Below are positions 8,000 through 16,166 of a DNA stretch of 21,455 bases, piece after piece (positions within the stretch are counted from its first letter, which is position 1; each line of letters opens with the position of its first letter). A program made the position numbers and the translations under genes. Origin of the DNA: Candidatus Eiseniibacteriota bacterium (lineage in GTDB: Bacteria; Eisenbacteria; RBG-16-71-46; DASYSL01); assembly GCA_031431875.1 (NCBI GenBank), contig JANPEF010000132.1:1-21455 (forward strand). The letters run 5' to 3'. Under the pieces are notes generated by a model. It did no database searches, had not been told where the DNA came from, and worked only from the letters and a program-made list of their open reading frames with translations.

Positions 8000-8041
8000 T
8001 TGCGCAGCGCAACGTCGGCCCCGAGATCGTGCGCGATGCAC
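8000..8041. promoter_or_regulatory. Putative PilR upstream activator sites (two TGC-N5-GCA palindromes)
   Basis: TTGCGCAGCGCAA (8000-8012) and GTGCGCGATGCAC (8029-8041), about 130-170 bp upstream of the sigma-54 promoter. Confidence 0.45.
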
Positions 8042-8062
8042 GGCGCACCACCGGAACGACGA

Positions 8063-8092
8063 CGGGGAGCGGCCCCCGGAGGGCGCTCCCCG
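8063..8092 (-). terminator. Hairpin downstream of pilR
   Basis: Plus strand CGGGGAGC-G-GCCC-CCGGA-GGGC-GCTCCCCG, 12 bp with one bulge; no clear U-tract. Confidence 0.35.
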
Positions 8093-8165
8093 CGTCATGT
8101 TCTCGACCGTGGGCCGGACGTCTCGCGTCCCGCCGCTCCCCGGCCGTCACTGGTGCGACGGCACG

Positions 8166-9617
<1,452 letters not shown>

Positions 9618-9643
9618 GGTCGTTCGTTCCTTCGGTCCGGGCC

Positions 9644-11332
9644 TCAGGCTGCGTGCGCGAACGCGAGTTCGCGTTCGAGCGTCAGTGTGAACGTGGTGCC
9701 CTGCCCGGGGGCGCTCGTCACGGCAAGCTTTCCACCCAGGCGTTCGATGATGCGCGTGGCGATCGCGAGTCCCAGCCCGGTCCCGCCACGCTTGGTCGTG
9801 AAGAACGGCTCGGCGACCCGGTCCAGGTGATCCGCCGGGATGCCGGGTCCGGTGTCGTGCACTTCGACGGCCAGCCGGCGCTCGCCCTGCGGGCGAATCC
9901 GCACCGTCACCCGTCCCGGCCCTTCCTGGGCCTCGATCGCGTTCTGCAACAGGTTCGTCAGCACCCGCTTGAAGTGCTCACGATCCAGACGCGCGGCACA
10001 TCCCTCGCTCGCGTCCTCCATCACCAGCACGATCTCCGGCCTCCAGGCCGGATGCCGCCGCGCCAGGTCGAGGGCGTCCTTCGCCAGTTCGTGCACGGGG
10101 ACGGCCTCGATCAGGAGCCGCGGTTCGCGCGCATAGTCGAGCAGCTCGGTGACGAAGCGGTTGAGCCTCTCGCATTCCGTGACGATCAGGCCCATCAGGT
10201 GCGCGTTCTCGCCTTCGAGCGTCAACTCCTTCTGCAGGTACTCCACCGAGCCCGAGATCGGATTGAGGCAGTTGCGGATCTCGTGCGCGATGCCGGCCGA
10301 AAGCTGCCCGATGTAGGCCAGCGTCTCCGATCGCCGGGCCCGCTCCTCGACTGCCTTGAACTCCGACAGGTCGGCGAACACCGCGATCACGCCGCGTCGC
10401 GTCCCGTCCTCGGCGGTGAGGAAGCTGGTCGACAATCCGACCGGCACCTGCCGCCCGTTCCCCGTCGTCAGCGTCACTTCCTCGCGCGACAGGAGCCGGC
10501 CGCTGGCGAGCGTCGCGGTGACACGGTCGAGCAGCGGCTTCCCCCCGACCCCGATCACGTCTTGCGCCGCCAGGCCGCGCACGTCCACCGTCGACTTGCC
10601 CAGCAGCAGTTCCGCCGCCGCCCGATTCGAGTGCAGCACGATCCCGTTCACGTCGAGCGTCAGCACGCCGCTCGTCATGCTCTCGAGGATGCGGTCCGTA
10701 TCGAGCCGCGCCCGCTCCATCTCCCGCGACGTCCGCGCCAGGGTCTGGCGTGTCTGTCGGCTCCGTTCGCCGAGTGTCCCGGCGGCCGCCCCCAGGATGA
10801 GGAGGAAGCCGACGAGGCTCGAACTGGCCGGCACCGGCGTCGCCGCCGAGGTCGCCTCGGTCGCCCATGCCACCGCACCGAACACCGATGCGAGCGTCGG
10901 CAGGGCGAGGTACCCGCTGGCGGCGACGGCGGCGATGAGCAAGCCACCCGTCGTCTCGAGCACGATGCCGGCCCACAGCACGACCAGCGCGTAGAACAGC
11001 ACGAACTGGCTCTCCGCACCGCCGGTCGTCATGGCCAGCGCGGTGACCACCGCACAGTCGCCCAGCGCCTGAGCCCATCCCTGCGCCGAAGGCGCAAGGC
11101 GTGTGCGCAGAAGCAGGGCGAAGCCGGTCGTGTAGAAGGCCAGCACCACCACTGCCGCCACGAAAACGGAAACCCTTGCCTCCGGCGGGATATCCGATCG
11201 CACCAGCAGCCCGAGGCCCAGCGCCCCGAGGCCGACGATCGCCCGCCAGCGAACCAGCGCCGCCAGGGCGCGCAGGAGGTCGTCGCCCGGGGTCTCCCCC
11301 CGCCACACCTCCCCAGCCCGGGCCGCGGTCAC
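9644..11332 (-). CDS. pilS: Sensor histidine kinase PilS
   Basis: Multi-TM N-terminus with TGGAESQFVLFY, PAS region, H-box AHEIRN, N-box NLLQNA, DTGPGI, PFFTTK, GTGLGL; start codon slightly uncertain. Confidence 0.92.
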   Translation of the reverse strand: MTAARAGEVWRGETPGDDLLRALAALVRWRAIVGLGALGLGLLVRSDIPPEARVSVFVAAVVVLAFYTTGFALLLRTRLAPSAQGWAQALGDCAVVTALAMTTGGAESQFVLFYALVVLWAGIVLETTGGLLIAAVAASGYLALPTLASVFGAVAWATEATSAATPVPASSSLVGFLLILGAAAGTLGERSRQTRQTLARTSREMERARLDTDRILESMTSGVLTLDVNGIVLHSNRAAAELLLGKSTVDVRGLAAQDVIGVGGKPLLDRVTATLASGRLLSREEVTLTTGNGRQVPVGLSTSFLTAEDGTRRGVIAVFADLSEFKAVEERARRSETLAYIGQLSAGIAHEIRNCLNPISGSVEYLQKELTLEGENAHLMGLIVTECERLNRFVTELLDYAREPRLLIEAVPVHELAKDALDLARRHPAWRPEIVLVMEDASEGCAARLDREHFKRVLTNLLQNAIEAQEGPGRVTVRIRPQGERRLAVEVHDTGPGIPADHLDRVAEPFFTTKRGGTGLGLAIATRIIERLGGKLAVTSAPGQGTTFTLTLERELAFAHAA

Positions 11333-11334
11333 CC

Positions 11335-12546
11335 TTACTCTCCCGAAACCACCGAGATGAGCTTGAACATCGGCAGGTACATGGCCACGACCATGCCGCC
11401 GACGATGCCACCCATGAGCACGATCATCACCGGCTCGATGATCGAGGTCAGGTTATCGACCGCCTGGTCCACCTCGGACTCGTAGAACACGGCGATCTTG
11501 GTCAGCATCTCGTCGAGGGCGCCCGTCTGCTCGCCCACCGAGATCATCTGCACCACCATCGGCGGAAACACGTTCGACGCCTTGAGCGGCGCGCCCACCG
11601 TTTCGCCCTCGCGAATGGCGGCGCGGGCCTGCAGGATGGCGTCGGAGATCACGCGGTTGCCCGACGTGCGGGCCGTGATCTCGAGGCCCGACAGGATCGG
11701 CACGCCCGAGCTGATCAGCGTGCCCAGCGTGCGCGTGAAGCGCGCCACCGAACCCTTGAGCAGGACGTCGCCCAGCACCGGCATCTTGAGCAGGAACTGA
11801 TCGATCTTCTTCTGCCCGAGGTCCGTCTTGTACCACTTCTGGATCCCGATCACGGAGGCGACGATGGCGATCGCCGCCGCCCACCACCAGGCGCGCAGAA
11901 TGTTGGACATCTGCAGCACGATCGCCGTCGGCAGCGGCAGCTCGCCGCCGAAGTCGGTGAACATCCTGGCGAACGTCGGGATGATGAAGATGAGCATGAA
12001 GGCCGTGGCGCCCAGGGCGACGCAGAGCACGACCGCCGGGTAGATCATGGCGCCCTGGATCTTGCGCTTGAGCGCGTCGGCCTTCTCGATGTACTGGGCC
12101 AGCCGCAGCAGGATGTCGTCGAGGATACCGCCGGCCTCGCCGGCCGCGATCATGTTGCGGAACAGGTCATCGAACGTCCGCTTGTGCTTGCCCAGGGCAT
12201 CGGCCAGCGTGGAGCCGGACTCGACCTCGCGCGTGACGTCGGAAATGACCTTGGCGAACGCCAGGTTCGAGGTCTGCGCCGCGAGGATGTCGAGGCACTG
12301 CACGAGCGGCAGCCCGGCCGAGATCATGGTCGCGAACTGGCGCGTGAAGATCGCCATTTCCTTGGTGCTGACGCTCCCGGCGCCGGGCATGACGAACTTG
12401 AATCCCTTCGCCTTCTCCTTCAGCGAAGTGACCATGATGCGCTTCTTGCGCAGGAAGTCGACGGCCTCTTCCTGGCGATCGAAGGTCAGCTCACCGGACT
12501 GGGATTCCCCGGCCATGGTGCGACCCTTCCAGACGAAAACCGGCAT
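11335..12546 (-). CDS. pilC: Type IV pilus platform protein PilC (GspF family)
   Basis: FTRQFATMISAGLPL, AGEAGGILD, AMIYP, VGEQTGALDEML, IIEP, AMYLPMF. Confidence 0.97.
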   Translation of the reverse strand: MPVFVWKGRTMAGESQSGELTFDRQEEAVDFLRKKRIMVTSLKEKAKGFKFVMPGAGSVSTKEMAIFTRQFATMISAGLPLVQCLDILAAQTSNLAFAKVISDVTREVESGSTLADALGKHKRTFDDLFRNMIAAGEAGGILDDILLRLAQYIEKADALKRKIQGAMIYPAVVLCVALGATAFMLIFIIPTFARMFTDFGGELPLPTAIVLQMSNILRAWWWAAAIAIVASVIGIQKWYKTDLGQKKIDQFLLKMPVLGDVLLKGSVARFTRTLGTLISSGVPILSGLEITARTSGNRVISDAILQARAAIREGETVGAPLKASNVFPPMVVQMISVGEQTGALDEMLTKIAVFYESEVDQAVDNLTSIIEPVMIVLMGGIVGGMVVAMYLPMFKLISVVSGE

Positions 12547-12570
12547 GCGTCTCTCCCGGGGTGCGCGCGA

Positions 12571-13650
12571 CTAGATCGTCGTGCGCAGGTTGAGCTTGGC
12601 CAACATCTGCTCGAGCTCGCCGCTATCCGACGAGCGATTCATCGCTTCCTCGACCGAGATCGACTTGTCCTGCACGGCCTGCATCAGTCCCTGGTTCATG
12701 GTCTGCATGCCGAACTTCTGGCCGGCCTGCATGAGCGAGTAGATCTGGTGCGTCTTGCCCTCGCGAATGGTTGCCTTCACCGCGGGGGTGCAGACCAGCA
12801 CCTCGGCGACCATGGCGCGCCCGCCGCCGCGCTGCCGCGGAATGAGCTGCTGGGTGACCACGCCCTCCATGACGAACGCCAGCTGGGTGTAGATCTGCTT
12901 CTGCTGGTCCGACGGGAAGGAGTCGACGATGCGATTGACCGCCTCGAACGTCGAGTTGGTGTGCAGCGTGGCGAACACAAGGTGGCCCGTCTCGGCGATG
13001 GTCAGGGCGGCGGCGAACGTCTCGCGGTCGCGCATTTCCCCGATCAGGATCACGTCCGGGTCCTGGCGCAGCACGTACTTGAGCGCCGTGACGAACGAGT
13101 CGGTGTCGGCGTTCACCTCGCGCTGATTGACGATGCAGCGCTTGTGGTGATGGATGTACTCGATCGGATCCTCGATCGTCATGATGTGCGCCGGACGGGT
13201 CGCATTGATGCGATCGAGCATGGCGGCCAGCGTCGTCGACTTGCCCGAGCCCGTGGGGCCGGTGACCAGCACCAGTCCCTTGGTCCGGTTGGTGAACTCG
13301 CGGACCGCGGCCGGCAGGCCCAGGCTCTCGAACGCCATGATCTCGTACGGGATCTGGCGGATCGCCATGGAGACGACGCCGCGCTGCAGGTAGACGTTGG
13401 CGCGGAAGCGCGACAGGCCCTTGATCCCGAACGAGAAGTCGAGCTCGCGGGTGTTCTCGAACTTCTTGCGCTGCTCGTCCGACATGACGGAATAGGCGAG
13501 CCCCGTCGTCAGGTCCGGCGTCAGGATCTCGTATTCCGACGGCGTGATGGCCCCGTCGATGCGGAACTCGGGCGGCACTCCGGCGGTGATGTGCAGATCC
13601 GACGCCTTCCGCTGGATCATGTCCTCGAGCAGCTGCTTCAGAGTGATCAC
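12571..13650 (-). CDS. pilT: Type IV pilus retraction ATPase PilT
   Basis: ASDLH, GPTGSGKSTT, TIEDPIE, LRQDPDVILIGEMRD, GHLVFATLHT, AIRNLIRE-like AVKATIRE, GMQT; start GTG 13650 follows GGAG. Confidence 0.96.
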   Translation of the reverse strand: MITLKQLLEDMIQRKASDLHITAGVPPEFRIDGAITPSEYEILTPDLTTGLAYSVMSDEQRKKFENTRELDFSFGIKGLSRFRANVYLQRGVVSMAIRQIPYEIMAFESLGLPAAVREFTNRTKGLVLVTGPTGSGKSTTLAAMLDRINATRPAHIMTIEDPIEYIHHHKRCIVNQREVNADTDSFVTALKYVLRQDPDVILIGEMRDRETFAAALTIAETGHLVFATLHTNSTFEAVNRIVDSFPSDQQKQIYTQLAFVMEGVVTQQLIPRQRGGGRAMVAEVLVCTPAVKATIREGKTHQIYSLMQAGQKFGMQTMNQGLMQAVQDKSISVEEAMNRSSDSGELEQMLAKLNLRTTI

Positions 13651-13695
13651 GGGGTCTCCGGCTCCTTCCGGTCGCAAGCACGCACATCCATGGGT

Positions 13696-15390
13696 CTAGA
13701 CATTGTCGACCGCCGTCTCCTTCAGCACCTCTTCCGCGGTGGTCAGGCCGCGTCGCAGCTTGGACAACCCGTCCATGCGCAGCGTGCGCATGCCGTCGGC
13801 CATCGCCTGCTTCTTGATCGTCGAGGCCGGCGCGCGATCGAGGATGAGGTCGCGAATGCTCGGCGAGATGGTCATCACCTCGTAGACTCCCTGGCGGCCC
13901 TTGTAGCCCGTGTCGTTGCAGTCGACGCAGCCGGCGCCCTCCATCCACGGAAACTCGGCCGCCTCCTCGGGCGCAAGACCGAGTTCGCGAACCACCTCGG
14001 GATGCGGATCTACCGGGCGCCGACACGAGCTGCACGGCCGGCGCACGAGGCGCTGGGCGAGCACGAGGTTGACCGACGAGGCGACCAGGAACGGCTCGAT
14101 GCCCATGTCGACGAGTCGACCGATGGCGCTGGCGGCGTCGTTGGTGTGCAGCGTCGAGAGCACGAGATGCCCGGTGAGCGCGGCTTTGGTCGCGATCGCG
14201 CCGGTATCGATGTCGCGGATCTCACCGACCATGATGATGTTGGGGTCCTGGCGCAGGAACGCCTTCAGCGCCGCGGCGAACGACAGCCCGACATCGTCGT
14301 TGACCAGCACCTGGTTGATCCCGTCGAGGTTGTACTCGACCGGGTCCTCGGCGGTCATGACGTTGGTCTCGGTCGTGTTGAGCTTGGTCAACGCCGAGTA
14401 CAGCGTCGTCGTCTTGCCCGAGCCGGTCGGCCCGGTGACCAGCACCATGCCGTAGGGACTGAGGATGGCGCGGGTGAAGTCGTTGAACGCCTGCGGCTCG
14501 AAGCCCAGCTTCTCGAGGTCGACGTTGAGGTTCGTCTTGTCGAGGATACGCATCACGATCTTCTCCCCGAAGATCGTGGGTAGCGTCGAGACACGCAGAT
14601 CGATCGTGCGGTTCAGGACCTTGATCTTGATGCGCCCGTCCTGGGGCACGCGCCGCTCGGCGATGTCGAGCTCGGACATGATCTTGAGCCGCGAGATGAT
14701 CGCCAACTTGAACTTGAACGGCGGAGCCATCATCTCGTAGAGCGTGCCGTCGATGCGGAAGCGGACCCGCAGGCTCTTCTCGTAGGGCTCGATGTGGATA
14801 TCCGAGGCGCCCTTGCGGACCGCATCGGCGATCAGCGAGTTGACCAGCTTGACGATCGGCGCCTCATCGGCCATCGACATGCTGCCGTCGTTGGTCTCCT
14901 CCTCGATCTCCTCGACGACGGAGAGGTCGTCCTCCATGCCCTTCATGACGTCGGCCATGGTGTTGGCCTGGTCGTAATACTTGTCGAGCGCCTTCTTGAG
15001 CGCCGGCTCGGGTGCGACGACCGGCTCCACCTCGAAGCCCGTGATGAACTTGATGTCGTCGAGGGCGAAGATGTTGGACGGATTGACCATGGCGACGGTC
15101 AGGCGACGGCCATTGCGCGACAGCGGCAGCGCCATGAACTTGAGCGCCACGTCGGCGGGCAGCAACTTGATGCAGGCGGGGTCGGCCTCCACCTTGCGGA
15201 GGTCGACCGCGGCCACCCGGTAGAGGTCGGCCAGGAAGTCGCCCAGTCCCTCCTCGCTGATCGCGCCCACCTTGATCAGGTTGTGGGACAGCGATCCCCC
15301 GGAGCTCTTCATCGAGAGATGGGCCTTCTGCAACGCAGCGTCGTCGATGACCCGCGCGTCGATGAGTTTCTGTCCCACGTCGTCGAGCAA
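13696..15390 (-). CDS. pilB: Type IV pilus extension ATPase PilB
   Basis: ASDIHIEP, PQDGRI, GPTGSGKTT, AEDPVEY, RQDPNIIMVGEIRD, Zn-binding CSSC...CVDC; TTG start follows AAGGAG. Confidence 0.97.
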   Translation of the reverse strand: MLDDVGQKLIDARVIDDAALQKAHLSMKSSGGSLSHNLIKVGAISEEGLGDFLADLYRVAAVDLRKVEADPACIKLLPADVALKFMALPLSRNGRRLTVAMVNPSNIFALDDIKFITGFEVEPVVAPEPALKKALDKYYDQANTMADVMKGMEDDLSVVEEIEEETNDGSMSMADEAPIVKLVNSLIADAVRKGASDIHIEPYEKSLRVRFRIDGTLYEMMAPPFKFKLAIISRLKIMSELDIAERRVPQDGRIKIKVLNRTIDLRVSTLPTIFGEKIVMRILDKTNLNVDLEKLGFEPQAFNDFTRAILSPYGMVLVTGPTGSGKTTTLYSALTKLNTTETNVMTAEDPVEYNLDGINQVLVNDDVGLSFAAALKAFLRQDPNIIMVGEIRDIDTGAIATKAALTGHLVLSTLHTNDAASAIGRLVDMGIEPFLVASSVNLVLAQRLVRRPCSSCRRPVDPHPEVVRELGLAPEEAAEFPWMEGAGCVDCNDTGYKGRQGVYEVMTISPSIRDLILDRAPASTIKKQAMADGMRTLRMDGLSKLRRGLTTAEEVLKETAVDNV

Positions 15391-15578
15391 GGCTGTCTCC
15401 TTACGTCAAGCACGCCGAATCCCCCGGAGCAGCGGGGGCGATCGAGGACGGCCCGACCCACCGGGCGCCCGCCGGGAAGGGCGCGCGCTCGTGCAGGTCG
15501 ATGTCAGGTTCGTCCCCGTGATCGGCCGATCGTCCACTCTGCAACACCCCTTTTTTGCGCAGCGCGCGTTCTGCACGG

Positions 15579-16055
15579 TCACGGTTTCCGGGGCTTTTCG
15601 ATGATCAGGTGGGGCGTCAGCCGCGCCAGGGTCTTCGGGCCGATGCCCTTGACCCGCCCCAGGTCCTTGATCGCGCGGAACCGCCCCCGCTTCGTCCGGT
15701 CGGCGACGATGCGTTCTGCGGTCTTGGGGCCGATGCCGGGCAGGCCCTCCAGTTCCTCGGCCGTGGCCCGGTTGAGATCGAGGCGACCGTCGGCTGAGTA
15801 GGCCGAAGGCGTGGCCGTCGTGTCCGGGGCGGAGGTGCTGTCGGCGGCAGCCACCGGCCTTCTCGGGGAGGTCGGCGCCCTGGCTGGCGCGGGGACTGAA
15901 TCCCCCGCCTCCGACACAAAGCCGAGCGCCAGCGAGTCGCCAAGGGTGAGCGCGAGGACATCGGGGCGATGGACTTCGAGCACGGTCAGTCCCGCCCCGA
16001 CGGCGACGAGGGCGGCGAGCACGGCGAGGGCGCGGGATTCATCGGGCGTGAGCAT
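15579..16055 (-). CDS. comEA: ComEA-family helix-hairpin-helix DNA-binding protein
   Basis: N-terminal TM anchor, Pro/Ala linker, LDLNRATAEELEGLPGIGPKTAERI...GRF...DLGRVKGIGPKTL; ATG 16055 follows GGAG (track start GTG 16064 is also possible). Confidence 0.93.
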   Translation of the reverse strand: MLTPDESRALAVLAALVAVGAGLTVLEVHRPDVLALTLGDSLALGFVSEAGDSVPAPARAPTSPRRPVAAADSTSAPDTTATPSAYSADGRLDLNRATAEELEGLPGIGPKTAERIVADRTKRGRFRAIKDLGRVKGIGPKTLARLTPHLIIEKPRKP

Positions 16056-16136
16056 GCGGATCACTCCATGGGGGCAGGGAACCGGGGGCTTGTTCGGGAG
16101 GCGGTCGTGCGGGGGCGGTGCTGTGCGAGGAAGGAT

Positions 16137-16155
16137 GCGCGGGCGAAGCCCGCGC
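16137..16155 (-). terminator. Hairpin directly after the fusion gene
   Basis: Minus strand GCGCGGG-CTTCG-CCCGCGC followed by ATCCTTCC. Confidence 0.45.
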
Positions 16156-16166
16156 CAGGTGACACG

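Noticed and set aside
11101..14583. 1160-aa plus-strand ORF and the other long plus-strand or alternate-frame ORFs
   Set aside because: Antisense or frame shadows of well-supported minus-strand genes in high-GC DNA; no recognisable motifs.
15391..15578. Sigma-54 promoter upstream of pilB
   Set aside because: Only a weak GG-N10-GC without TGGCAC or TTGC context, which is expected by chance.
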